NCBI GenBank assembly: GCA_051362555.1 | Contig: CM120644.1 | Span: forward strand, 19,986,534-20,050,533 | Origin: Lingula anatina | Lineage: Eukaryota > Animalia > Brachiopoda | Length of the DNA: 64,000 nucleotides | Reading direction: 5' to 3' | Shown: one piece after another, positions 25,975 through 40,510 of the stretch | Layout: every line of letters begins with the position of its first letter | How positions within the stretch are numbered: the first letter of the stretch is position 1 | The notes under the pieces: model-generated | The model's database searches: none | Seen by the model: only the letters and a program-made list of their open reading frames with translations | What the model was told of the DNA's origin: nothing | Program-made: the position numbers and the translations under genes

Positions 25975-28900
25975 AGAAACCCATTGTAAGGAGTAATCTG
26001 CATCTGACATTGATAGTAAGGAAAAGTGTTCTATGGGTATATATTATTTTCCAGGTGACAGTTATAGGTAATTTCCAACCTCCTACACAAACAAACCCAA
26101 ATCACATTTGCTGTATTTTTTTTTTTTTTTTTTGAGAGAGAGAAAATAGTACTTTGCAATATTGAAATATTTGTTTTCGTTAATTCTCACTCTTCTGATT
26201 ATCAATTTCCAATGAACTTGACACTTGAAAAAAGACACAGACAGCTTATCAGTTTATCCCAGATTACAAGTGTTGCTAACATTAATTTGTACTAATATCA
26301 GAAACAGTGAAAAAGATTTGACAAAATTATTAACATTTAACTTTTTTAAGTCATTGAATTTGCCAGTCTTTTCAATGTTATTTTCAGTTCTTTCAGTTAT
26401 ATTGTTCTTTTTCCAGAGTACCCTTACCATGAAAAAGCAGGCAGTGAAAGACAAGACCAAGAGCAGCACTATATCTCATCCATGTGTACAGTGCACTATA
26501 TTTGGCAGGATTCAGGACATTGTCAGATATTGTGATAACAACAACCCCTTCCAGAATCCCATTGTAAGGAGTAATCTGCATCTGGCATTGGTAGTAAGGA
26601 GAAGTCATTTATGGGTATATATTGTTTTCCAGATGACAGTTTAGGTAACTTGCAACTTCCAATGCAAACAACTTCAAATCATCACATCTGCTGTTTTCTT
26701 TCAGAGTAAATAATACATTGCAATATTGAAATATTTGTTTTAGTTAATTCTCACTCTTCTGATGATCAATTTCCCATTTACTTTACCATTACAAAAAGAC
26801 ACAGACAACTGATCAGCTTATCACAGATTTTTCTTGTTGTTAAAAATCATTTGTACAGATTTCAGAAACATTGGACAAAATTTTTTAAAATTATTAACGT
26901 TTAACTATTTTCAGTCATGGAATTTTGCAGTCTTAATTTTCAGTGTAACATTCACTTTTCTCAAATATATCATCCGAAGACAATGTAATTTTATAGTTGT
27001 CCGAAATATATTGTCCTAAAAAAAAACTTTTCCTTATATACAGTCAACTGATCAGCTTATCACAGATTTTTATTGTTATTAAGCTTTATTTGCACAAATT
27101 TCAGAAACATTGGACAAGATTTGACAAAATTATTAACGTTCAACTATTTTAAGTCATTGAATTTGCCAGTCTTTTCAATGTAATTTTCAGTTCTTTCAGT
27201 TATATTGTTCTTTTTCCAGAGTACCCTTACCATGATAAAACAGGCAGTGAAAGACAAGACCAAGAGCAGCACTATATCTCATCCATTTGTACAGTGCACT
27301 ATATTTGGCAGGATTTAAGACATTGTTAGATATTGTGATAACAACAACCCCTTCCAGAATCCCATTGTAAGGAGTAATCTGCATCTGGCATTGGTAGTAA
27401 GGAGAAGTCATTTATGGATATATATTGTTTTCCAGATGACATTTTAGGTAACTTGCAACTTCCTACACAAACACCCTCAATTCATCACATTTGCTGTTTT
27501 CTTGCAGAGTAAATAATACATTGCAATATTGAAATATTTGTTTTGGTTAATTCTCACTCTTCTGATGATCAATGTTAATGATTAATTTTTTAGTTTATCA
27601 TCCAAAGACAATAATTTTCATTAGTCACAGTCAACTTATCAGCTTATCACAGATTTTTATTGTTGTTAAGCATCATTTGTACAAATTTCAGAAACATTGG
27701 ACAAGATTTGACAAAATTATTAACATTTAACTATTTAAAGTCCTGCGATTTCCCAGTCTTTTCAATGTAATTTTTAGTTTTCCCAAATATATTGTCCTAA
27801 AAAAACACTTTTAATTAGTCACAGTCAGCTGATCAGCTTATCACAGATTTTTATTGTTATGAAGCATCATTTGTGCAAATTTCAGAAATATTGGAACATT
27901 TTTGACAAAGTTATTAGCATTTAACTATTTTAAGTCCTCTGATTTCTCAGTCTTTTCAATGTAATTTTATAGTTGTCCGAAATATATTGTCCTAAAAAAA
28001 ACTTTTCCTTAGATACAGTCAACTGATCAGCTTATCACAGATTGTTATTGTTGTTAAGCATCATTTGTACAAATTTCAGAAACATTGGACAAGATTTGAC
28101 AAAATTATTAACATTTAACTATTTTAAGTCCTGCGATTTCCTGGTCTTTTCAATGTAATTTTTAGTTTTCCCAAATATATTGTCCTTAAAACACTTTTCA
28201 TTAGATACAGTCATTTGATCCGATTATCACAGATTTTTATTGTTGTTAAGCATCTTTTGTACAAATTTCAGAAATATTAGACCAGATTTGACAAAATTAT
28301 TAACGTTTAACTATTTTAAGTCATTGAATTTGCCAGTCTTTTCAATGTAATTTTCAGTTCTTTCAGTTATATTGTTCTTTTTCCAGAGTACCCTTACCAT
28401 GATAAAACAGGCAGTGAAAGACAAGACCAAGAGCAGCACTATATCTCATCCATTTGTACAGTGCACTATATTTGGCAGGATTTAAGACATTGTTAGATAT
28501 TGTGATAACAACAACCCCTTCCAGAATCCCATTGTAAGGAGTAATCTGCATCTGGCATTGGTAGTAAGGAGAAGTCATTTATGGGTATATATTGTTTTCC
28601 AGATGACGGTTTAGGTAACTTGCAACTTCCTACACAAACAACCTCAAATCATCACATTTGCTGTTTTCTTGCAGAGTAAATAATACATTGCAATATTGAA
28701 ATATTTGTTTCAGTTAATTCTCACTCTTCTGATGATCAATTTTAATGATTAATTTTTTAGTTTATCATCCGAAGACAATACCTTTCATTAGTCACAGTCA
28801 ACTTATCAGCTTATCACATATTTTTATTGTTGTTAAGCATCATTTGTACAAATTTCAGAAACATTGGACAAGATTTGGCAAAATTATTAACATTTAACTA

Positions 28901-31900
28901 TTTTAAGTCCTGCGATTTCCTGGTCTTTTCAATTTAATTTTTAGTTTTCCCAAATATATTGTACTTAAAACACTTTTCATTAGATACAGTCAACTGATCA
29001 GATTATCACAGATTTTTATTGTTCTTAATCATCTTTTGTACAAATTTCAGAAATATTGGAACATTTTTGACAAAGTTATTAGCATTTAACTATTTTAAGT
29101 CCTCCGATTTCTCAGTCTTTTCAATGTAATTTTATAGTTGTCCGAAATATATTGTCCTAAAAAAAACTTTTCCTTAGATACAGTCAACTGATCAGCTTAT
29201 CACAGATTTTTATTGTTGTTAAGCATCATTTGTACAAATTTCAGTAACATTGGACAAGATTTGACAAAATTATTAACATTTAACTATTTTAAGTCCTACG
29301 ATTTCCCACTCTTTTCAATGTAATTTTATAGTTGTCCAAAATATATTGTCCTAAAAAAAACTTTTCCTTAGATACAGTCAACTGATCAGCTTATCACAGA
29401 TTTTTATTGTTGTTAAGCATCATTTGTACAAATTTCAGAAACATTGGACAAGATTTGACAAAATTATTAACATTTAACTATTTAAAGTCCTGCGATTTCC
29501 CAGTCTTTTCAATGTAATTTTTAGTTTTCCCAAATATATTGTCCTAAAAAAACACTTTTAATTAGTCACAGTCAGCTGATCAGCTTATCACAGATTTTTA
29601 TTGTTATGAAGCATCATTTGTGGAAATTTCAGAAATATTGGAACATTTTTGACAAAGTTATTAGCATTTAACTATTTTAAGTCCTCTGATTTCTCAGTCT
29701 TTTCAATGTAATTTTATAGTTGTCCGAAATATATTGTCCTAAAAAAAACTTTTCCTTAGATACAGTCAACTGATCAGCTTATCACAGATTTTTATTGTTG
29801 TTAAGCATCATTTGTACAAATTTCAGAAATATTAGACCAGATTTGACAAAATTATTAACGTTTAACTATTTTAAGTCATTGAATTTGCCAGTCTTTTCAA
29901 TGTAATTTTCAGTTCTTTCAGTTATATTGTTCTTTTTCCAGAGTACCCTTACCATGATAAAACAGGCAGTGAAAGGCAAGACCAAGAGCAGCACTATATC
30001 TCATCCATTTGTACAGTGCACTATATTTGGCAGGATTTAAGACATTGTTAGATATTGTGATAACAACAACCCCTTCCAGAATCCCATTGTAAGGAGTAAT
30101 CTGCATCTGGCATTGGTAGTAAGGAGAAGTCATTTATGGGTATATATTGTTTTCCAGATGACGGTTTAGGTAACTTGCAACTTCCTACACAAACAACCTC
30201 AAATCATCACATTTGCTGTTTTCTTGCAGAGTAAATAATACATTGCAATATTGAAATATTTGTTTCAGTTAATTCTCACTCTTCTGATGATCAATTTTAA
30301 TGATTAATTTTTTAGTTTATCATCCGAAGACAATACCTTTCATTAGTCACAGTCAACTTATCAGCTTATCACATATTTTTATTGTTGTTAAGCATCATTT
30401 GTACAAATTTCAGAAACATTGGACAAGATTTGGCAAAATTATTAACATTTAACTATTTTAAGTCCTGCGATTTCCTGGTCTTTTCAATTTAATTTTTAGT
30501 TTTCCCAAATATATTGTACTTAAAACACTTTTCATTAGATACAGTCAACTGATCAGATTATCACAGATTTTTATTGTTCTTAATCATCTTTTGTACAAAT
30601 TTCAGAAATATTGGAACATTTTTGACAAAGTTATTAGCATTTAACTATTTTAAGTCCTCCGATTTCTCAGTCTTTTCAATGTAATTTTATAGTTGTCCGA
30701 AATATATTGTCCTAAAAAAAACTTTTCCTTAGATACAGTCAACTGATCAGCTTATCACAGATTTTTATTGTTGTTAAGCATCATTTGTACAAATTTCAGT
30801 AACATTGGACAAGATTTGACAAAATTATTAACATTTTACTATTTTAAGTCCTACGATTTCCCACTCTTTTCAATGTAATTTTATAGTTGTCCAAAATATA
30901 TTGTCCTAAAAAAAACTTTTCCTTAGATACAGTCAACTGATCAGCTTATCACAGATTTTTATTGTTGTTAAGCATCATTTGTACAAATTTCAGAAACATT
31001 GGACAAGATTTGACAAAATTATTAACATTTAACTATTTAAAGTCCTGCGATTTCCCAGTCTTTTCAATGTAATTTTTAGTTTTCCCAAATATATTGTCCT
31101 AAAAAAACACTTTTAATTAGTCACAGTCAGCTGATCAGCTTATCACAGATTTTTATTGTTATGAAGCATCATTTGTACAAATTTCAGAAACATTGGACAA
31201 GATTTGACAAAATTATTAACATTTAACTATTTTAAGTCCTGCGATTTCCTGGTCTTTTCAATGTAATTTTTAGTTTTCCCAAATATATTGTCCTTAAAAC
31301 ACTTTTCATTAGATACAGTCATTTGATCCGATTATCACAGATTTTTATTGTTGTTAAGCATCTTTTGTACAAATTTCAGAAATATTAGACCAGATTTGAC
31401 AAAATTATTAACGTTTAACTATTTTAAGTCATTGAATTTGCCAGTCTTTTCAATGTAATTTTCAGTTCTTTCAGTTATATTGTTCTTTTTCCAGAGTACC
31501 CTTACCATGATAAAACAGGCAGTGAAAGACAAGACCAAGAGCAGCACTATATCTCATCCATTTGTACAGTGCACTATATTTGGCAGGATTTAAGACATTG
31601 TTAGATATTGTGATAACAACAACCCCTTCCAGAATCCCATTGTAAGGAGTAATCTGCATCTGGCATTGGTAGTAAGGAGAAGTCATTTATGGGTATATAT
31701 TGTTTTCCAGATGACGGTTTAGGTAACTTGCAACTTCCTACACAAACAACCTCAAATCATCACATTTGCTGTTTTCTTGCAGAGTAAATAATACATTGCA
31801 ATATTGAAATATTTGTTTCAGTTAATTCTCACTCTTCTGATGATCAATTTTAATGATTAATTTTTTAGTTTATCATCCGAAGACAATACTTTTCATTAGT

Positions 31901-34900
31901 CACAGTCAACTTATCAGCTTATCACAGATTTTTATTGTTGTTAAGCATCATTTGTACAAATTTCAGAAACATTGGACAAGATTTGGCAAAATTATTAACA
32001 TTTAACTATTTTAAGTCCTGCGATTTCCTGGTCTTTTCAATTTAATTTTTAGTTTTCCCAAATATATTGTACTTAAAACACTTTTCATTAGATACAGTCA
32101 ACTGATCAGATTATCACAGATTTTTATTGTTCTTAATCATCTTTTGTACAAATTTCAGAAATATTGGAACATTTTTGACAAAGTTATTAGCATTTAACTA
32201 TTTTAAGTCCTCCGATTTCTCAGTCTTTTCAATGTAATTTTATAGTTGTCCGAAATATATTGTCCTAAAAAAAACTTTTCCTTAGATACAGTCAACTGAT
32301 CAGCTTATCACAGATTTTTATTGTTGTTAAGCATCATTTGTACAAATTTCAGTAACATTGGACAAGATTTGACAAAATTATTAACATTTAACTATTTTAA
32401 GTCCTACGATTTCCCACTCTTTTCAATGTAATTTTATAGTTGTCCAAAATATATGGTCCTAAAAAAAACTTTTCCTTAGATACAGTCAACTGATCAGCTT
32501 ATCACAGATTTTTATTGTTGTTAAGCATCATTTGTACAAATTTCAGTAACATTGGACAAGATTTGACAAAATTATTAACATTTAACTATTTTAAGTCCTA
32601 CGATTTCCCACTCTTTTCAATATAATTTTATAGTTGTCCAAAATATATTGTCCTAAAAAAAATTTTTCCTTTGATACAGTCAATTGATCAGCTTATCACA
32701 GATTTTTATTGTTGTTAAGCATCATTTGTACAAATTTCAGTAACATTGGACAAGATTTGACAAAATTATTAACATTTAACTATTTTAAGTCCTGCGATTT
32801 CCTGGTCTTTTCAATGTAATTTTATAGTTGTCCAAAATATATTGTCCTAAAAAAAAAAACTTTTCCTTAGATACAGTCAACTGATCAGCTTATCACAGAT
32901 TTTTATTGTTGTTAAGCATCATTTGTACAAATTTCAGTAACATTGGACAAGATTTGACAAAATTATTAACATTTAACTATTTTAAGTCCTACGATTTCCC
33001 AATCTTTTCAATGTAATTTTATAGTTGTCCAAAATATATTGTCCTAAAAAAAATTTTTCCTTAGATACAGTCAACTGATCAGCTTATCACAGATTTTTAT
33101 TGTTGTTAAGCATCATTTGTACAAAATTCAGTAACATTGGACAAGATTTGACAAAATTATTAACATTTAACTATTTTAAGTCCTACGATTTCCCACTCTT
33201 TTCAATATAATTTTATAGTTGTCCAAAATATATTGTCCTAAAAAAAATTTTTCCTTTGATACAGTCAATTGATCAGCTTATCACAGATTTTTATTGTTGT
33301 TAAGCATCATTTGTACAAATTTCAGAAATATTGGAACATTTTTGACAAAGTTATTAGCATTTAACTATTTTAAGTCCTACGATTTCCCAGTTTTTTCAAT
33401 GTAATTTTTAGTTTTCCCAAATATATTGTCCTAAAAAAACACTTTTAATTAGTCACAGTCAACTGATCAGATTATCACAGATTTTTATTGTTGTTAAGCA
33501 TCTTTTGTACAAATTTCAGAAATATTAGACCAGATTTGACAAAATTATTAACGTTTAACTATTTTAAGTCATTGAATTTGCCAGTCTTTTCAATGTAATT
33601 TTCAGTTCTTTCAGTTATATTGTTTCTTTTTCCAGAGTACCCTTACCATGATAAAACAGGCAGTGAAAGACAAGACCAAGAGCAGCACTATATCTCATCC
33701 ATGTGTACAGTGCACTATATTTGGCAGGATTTGGGACATTGTCAGATATTGTGATAACAAGAACCCCTTTCGGAATCCCATTGTAAGGAGTAATCTGCAT
33801 CTGGCATTGGTAGTAAGGAGAAGTCATTTATGGGTATATATTGTTCTCCAGATGACGGTTTAGGTAACTTGCAACTTCCTACACAAACAACCTCAAATTA
33901 TCACATTTGCTGTTTTCTTTCAGAGTAAATAATACATTGCAATATTGAAATATTTGTTTTGGTTAATTCTCACTCTTCTGATGATCAATGTTAATGATTA
34001 ATTTTTTAGTTTATCATCCAAACACAATAATTTTCATTAGTTACAGTCAACTTATCAGCTTATCACAGATTTTTATTGTTGTTAAGCATCATTTGTACAA
34101 ATTTCAGAAACATTGGACAAGATTTGACAAAATTATTAACATTTAACTATTTAAAGTCCTGCGATTTCCCAGTCTTTTCAATGTAATTTTTAGTTTTCCC
34201 AAATATATTGTCCTAAAAAAACACTTTTAATTAGTCACAGTCAGCTGATCAGCTTATCACAGATTTTTATTGTTATTAAGCATCATTTGTGCAAATTTCA
34301 GAAATATTGGAACATTTTTGACAAAGTTATTAGCATTTAACTATTTTAAGTCCTCCGATTTCTCAGTCTTTTCAATGTAATTTTATAGTTGTCCGAAATA
34401 TATTGTCCTAAAAAAAACTTTTCCTTAGATACAGTCAACTGATCAGCTTATCACAGATTTTTATTGTTGTTAAGCATCATTTGTACAAATTTCAGAAACA
34501 TTGGACAAGATTTGACAAAATTATTAACATTTAACTATTTTAAGTCCTGCGATTTCCTGGTCTTTTCAATGTAATTTTTAGTTTTCCCAAATATATTGTA
34601 CTTAAAACACTTTTCATTAGATACAGTCATTTGATCCGATTATCACAGATTTTTATTGTTGTTAAGCATCTTTTGTACAAATTTCAGAAATATTAGACCA
34701 GATTTGACAAAATTATTAACGTTTAACTATTTTAAGTCATTGAATTTGCCAGTCTTTTCAATGTAATTTTCAGTTCTTTCAGTTATATTGTTCTTTTTCC
34801 AGAGTACCCTTACCATGATAAAACAGGCAGTGAAAGACAAGACCAAGAGCAGCACTATATCTCATCCATTTGTACAGTGCACTATATTTGGCAGGATTTA

Positions 34901-37900
34901 AGACATTGTTAGATATTGTGATAACAACAACCCCTTCCAGAATCCCATTGTAAGGAGTAATCTGCATCTGGCATTGGTAGTAAGGAGAAGTCATTTATGG
35001 GTATATATTGTTTTCCAGATGACGGTTTAGGTAACTTGCAACTTCCTACACAAACAACCTCAAATCATCACATTTGCTGTTTTCTTGCAGAGTAAATAAT
35101 ACATTGCAATATTGAAATATTTGTTTCGGTTAATTCTCACTCTTCTGATGATCAATTTTAATGATTAATTTTTAAGTTTATCATCCGAAGACAATACTTT
35201 TCATTAGTCACAGTCAACTTATCAGCTTATCACAGATTTTTATTGTTGTTAAGCATCATTTGTACAAATTTCAGAAACATTGGACAAGATTTGGCAAAAT
35301 TATTAACATTTAACTATTTTAAGTCCTGCGATTTCCTGGTCTTTTCAATGTAATTTTTAGTTTTCCCAAATATATTGTACTTAAAACACTTTTCATTAGA
35401 TACAGTCAACTGATCAGCTTATCACAGATTTTTATTGTTGTTAAGCATCATTTGTGCAAATTTCAGAAATATTGGAACATTTTTGACAAAGTTATTAGCA
35501 TTTAACTATTTTAAGTCCTCCGATTTCCCAGTTTTTTCAATGTAATTTTTAGTTTTCCCAAATATATTGTCCTAAAAAAACACTTTTAATTAGTCACAGT
35601 CAGCTGATCAGCTCATCACAGATTTTAATTGTTATTAAGCATCATTTGTGCAAATTATAGAAATATTGGAACATTTTTCACAAAGTTATTAGCATTTAAC
35701 TATTTTAAGTCCTCCGATTTCTCAGTCTTTTCAATGTAATTTTATAGTTGTCCGAAATATATTGTCCTAAAAAAAACTTTTCCTTAGATACAGTCAACTG
35801 ATCAGCTTATCACAGATTTTTATTGTTGTTAAGCATCATTTGTACAAATTTCAGTAACATTGGACAAGATTTGACAAAATTATTAACATTTAACTATTTT
35901 AAGTCCTACGATTTCCCACTCTTTTCAATGTAATTTTATAGTTGTCCGAAATATATTGTCCTAAAAAAAACTTTTCCTTAGGTACAGTCAACTGATCAGC
36001 TTATCACAGATTTTTATTGTTATTAAACATCTTCTGTACAAATTTCAGTAACATTGGACAAGATTTGACAAAATTATTAACATTTAACTAGTTTAAGTCC
36101 TGCGATTTCCTGGTCTTTTCAATGTAATTTTTAGTGTTCCCAAATATATTGTCCTTAAAACACTTTTCATTAGATACAGTCAACTGATCAGATTATCACA
36201 GATTTTTATTGTTGTTAAACATCTTTTGTACAAATTTCAGAAATATTAGACCAGATTTGACAAAATTATTAACGTTTAACTATTTTAAGTCATTGAATTT
36301 GCCAGTCTTTTCAATGTAATTTTCAGTTCTTTCAGTTATATTGTTCTTTTTCCAGAGTAACCTTACCATGATAAAACAGGCAGTGAAAGACAAGACCAAA
36401 AGCAGCACTATATCTCATCTATGTGTACAGTGCACTATATTTGGCAGGATTTGGGACATTGTCAGATATTGTGATAACAACAACCCCTTTCAGAATCCCA
36501 TTGTAAGGAGTAATCTGCATCTGGCATTGGTAGTAAGGAGAAGTCATTTATGGGTATATATTGTTCTCCAGATGACAGTTTGGGTAACTTGCAACTTCCT
36601 ACACAAACAACCTCAAATCATCACATTTGCTGTTTTCTTTCAGAGTAAATAATACATTGCAATTTTGAAATATTTGTTTTGGTTACTTCTCACTCTTCTG
36701 ATGATCAATTTTAATGATTAATTTTTTAGTTTATCATCCGAAGACAATACTTTTCATTAGTCACAGTCAACTTATGAGCTTATCACAGATTTTTATTGTT
36801 GTTAAGCATCATTTGTGCAAATTTCAGAAATATTGGAACATTTTTGACAAAGTTATTAGCATTTAACTATTTTAAGTCCTACGATTTCCCAGTCTTTATA
36901 ATGTAATTTTTAGTTTTCCCAAATATATTGTCCTAAAAAAACACTTTTAATTAGTCACAGTCAGCTGATCAGCTTATCACAGATTTTAATTGTTATGAAG
37001 CATCATTTGTGCAAATTTCAGAAATATTGGAACATTTTTGACAAAGTTATTAGCATTTAACTATTTTAAGTCCTCCGATTTCTCAGTCTTTTCAATGTAA
37101 TTCTATAGTTGTCTGAAATATATTGTCCTAAAAAAAACTTTTCCTTAGATACAGTCAACTGATCAGCTTATCACAGATTTTTATCGTTGTTAAGCATCAT
37201 TTGTACAAATTTCAGAAACATTGGACAAGATTTGACAAAATTATTAACATTTAACTATTTTAAGTCCTGCGATTTCCTGGTCTTTTCAATGTAATTTTTA
37301 GTGTTCCCAAATATATTGTCCTTAAAACACTTTTCATTAGATACAGTCATTTGATCAGATTATCACAGATTTTTATTGTTGTTAATCATCTTTTGTACAA
37401 ATTTCAGAAATATTAGACCAGATTTGACAAAATTATTAACGTTTAACTATTTTAAGTCATTGAATTTGCCAGTCTTTTCAATGTAATTTTCAGTTCTTTC
37501 AGTTATATTGTTCTTTTTCCAGAGTACCTTTACCGTGATAAAACAGGCAGTGAAAGACAAGACCAAGAGCAGCACTATATCTCATCCATTTGTACAGTGC
37601 ACTATATTTGGCAGGATTTAGGACATTGTTAGATATTGTGATAACAACAACCCCTTCCAGAATCCCATTGTAAGGAGTAATCTGCATCTGGCATTGGTAG
37701 TAAGGAGAAGTCATTTATGGGTATATATTGTTTTCCAGATGACGGTTTAGGTAACTTGCAACTTCCTACACAAACAACCTCAAATCATCACATTTGCTGT
37801 TTTCTTGCAGAGTAAATAATACATTGCAATATTGAAATATTTGTTTCGGTTAATTCTCACTCTTCTGATGATCAATTTTCATGATTAATTTTTTAGTTTA

Positions 37901-38078
37901 TCATCCGAAGACAATACTTTTCATTAGTCACAGTCAACTTATCAGCTTATCACAGATTTTTATTGTTGTTAAGCATCATTTGTACAAATTTCAGAAATAT
38001 TGGAACATTTTTGACAAAGTTATTAGCATTTAACTATTTTAAGTCCTACGATTTCCCAGTTTTTTCAATGTAATTTTT
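25975..38078. repeat. Composite satellite, left block (~194-bp monomers interspersed with a ~587-bp long unit)
   Basis: Monomer cagtcaactgatcagcttatcacagatttttattg.. recurs every 192-195 bp. The ~390-bp cassette recurs at 26393, 27196, 28363, 29918, 31471, 33612, 34779, 36333 and 37499. Confidence 0.95.
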
Positions 38079-38375
38079 TATGGAATCCCAGGAGGGCCAA
38101 GCGAAAAAAAAAATTGAAAAAAAAATTTTTTTTTGAAAAAAAAAATTTTTTTTGAAAAAAAAAAAAATTTGAAAAAAAAAATTGAAAAATAATTTTTTGT
38201 TGAAAAAAAAAATTGCGAAATTTGCGAGATCGCGTGTAATCCCGCGAGATCGCGCGTAATCCTGCGTGGCCACGTGAAATCCCGCGATACCGAGCAAATT
38301 TTATTTCAAAAGGAAATCAAGAAAAAGAGAAAAAAAAAATCACGATATCTCACGAGAAATTGCGAGAATAGAAAC
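38079..38375 (+). repeat. Left TIR
   Basis: 25-bp perfect terminus, A/T tracts, gcgagatcgcg(t/c)gtaatcc repeats and tctcacgaga; ends at aacATGGCG. Confidence 0.85.
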
Positions 38376-39305
38376 ATGGCGGAAGAAGCCACGATGTGTT
38401 TAAAATGCCAACATAGCACGGACTATGAACAACAGGCTCACATTCCCATTTGTAAATCATGCGGATGTGATAATATATTGCACGTAAGTTGTTTTCTCTT
38501 TATTCTTTATGCAGATGATAGTATGACGTATAGTATTATTAGTGAATCAGGGACGAGTGTCCTCTTAGTATTAGAACGTACTAGGGGCAATAAAAGAAGA
38601 TAGCAACACCGGTTAAATAAATATGTCGCCTTCCCTGACACAGTGACACTGACTGGTTATGCAAACGTCTTCATTGGGTATTTAACTTATTTTACATACA
38701 TGTACATAAATTTACAGTATTTTTCATTAGACTTCCTCGAAACAATTATTAAACCACACGTGTACAGTTCCCGTTAAGGATAGGAATGTTGAAAGTATTG
38801 CTTTTCATTTGTAATTTACGTTTGTAGAGTGTCGTCGGTGCTTGTAACAAAAGGCAATGTCGATGTCCAGGATACCGAAAAATTAGAACCATCAGACATT
38901 GTGTCAACTGTGGGCACTTGCCCATGGATCAGGACTTCAAATTTGGTGAGCAAATTCAGTGTTTGTCTTTTTTCAACATGGATCTACCAAGTTATTTGTG
39001 TTAAAATACAATAAGAATTGAAATAGTTTCATATATGATATATATGATATATATGAGAATTGAAATAGTTTCATATATGATATATATATGATATATTGTT
39101 CAAAATATTTTTAATTCTTGGGCTTCAGTTTGTCAATTCAAATAATAGTTATTTTATGAGAGCATGAAACAGAAGTTGATTTAAGAAAATATAAAATATA
39201 AATCATAAAATTGAATTAGGTGGATTTAGCCTGTATAATTCACCTTTTATGTTGAGGCACACATCTCCAGTGTTATTATCAAAGCTTTTCTTTGGGCTAC
39301 AATAA

Positions 39306-39307
<2 letters not shown>

Positions 39308-39389
<82 letters not shown>
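39308..39389. repeat. (TA)n microsatellite in transposase intron 2
   Basis: About 41 dinucleotide units. Confidence 0.95.
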
Positions 39390-39392
<3 letters not shown>

Positions 39393-40312
39393 TGTAAAAG
39401 ACTGTTATTCATATGTGATTGGCTCTCGAGGAGAAATCTCAGAAAAAATTCACATCCATTTTGTAATAAACAAAAGAGCATACTAAATGAAATTGCCTTA
39501 TAATGTGTGTATGTTTAATTGTATCTCTTATAAGTCATCTATAGTCTGTCATTGCTTCATGTAAAAAATTCATTTTATTTTTGAATTTCAGATTTAAAGG
39601 TTTTCCTCAACAATCTAGTGGAACATTATAAAAGCCAAGCTTTGATATTAGAATATTTAAAGGACATTGGTTTTACCTGGAGGTAAATATTTTTGTGTAG
39701 AATTCTTTGTGGCAACAAATGCTTATTTATATTTGCTTTTTTGTAGAGAAATCTTTGTGTCAGTCAATGTCATGTTTAATTCTTATTGTTAGTGAAGCTC
39801 ATTGCTTATCGCCCACGTCAAGTCTTTTCTTGGTGACAAACTTAACTATTAATTGGACAGCTGCTGACATCACTGGATAGTTTTTTTTTTTTTTTTAATG
39901 ATGGCTTGGACTCCTGGAATTTTTGTTGAAAATTACAAGTGGTGATCTTAAATGGCATGAATCCCCAGAAAAGTCTTGGTCCGTGTTATCATTTTCATAT
40001 AGATTCCCATAAAAATCTGCAAAATCCTATTGCATGAAGGGCAAACTTTAAAGTTGTCAGCTCACTGAATATCTTAAAGGGGGTAATAAGTTCAGAAAGG
40101 ATCTAATTATTTTTAATTATTTTGTTTTTCACTGTCAGTGAAAGAACCCTCAAGAGAAGGTTAAATGTTCTTGAAATCAAGCGACATGAACATGTCCCTG
40201 TCCAAGAATTAAGGGTAAGCGATAATTTTGATGCTGCCTACTTTGAATCAATCTGTATATTGAAATAATATCTGTAGTATTTTGATCACTCAAGTCTTAG
40301 AATAGAGGAGAT

Positions 40313-40460
40313 TGTTGCATATTGTAATGTAATTAACATATCTCCCATAATGCATTGTTCTTTCTCTACCAGTTAGCCAGCATGGCTGGATGTGTTATGT
40401 AATAAATGAGTTATTAAAAAATGTTAACTTGAGTTACATAACAACAGAAAAACTACGACA
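40313..40460 (+). repeat. 5' LTR
   Basis: tgttgcatattg..actacgaca, 148 bp, contains AATAAA. Confidence 0.97.
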
Positions 40461-40510
40461 TGGTGTCAGAATCGGGATCTACATTGGATGTAGCATAATT
40501 TGGAGATTGG

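Noticed and set aside
28720-28790. Hammerhead ribozyme or C/D snoRNA in the satellite (CTGATGA)
   Set aside because: No GAAA after a stem II, no stem I/III pairing, and no properly placed D box with a terminal stem.
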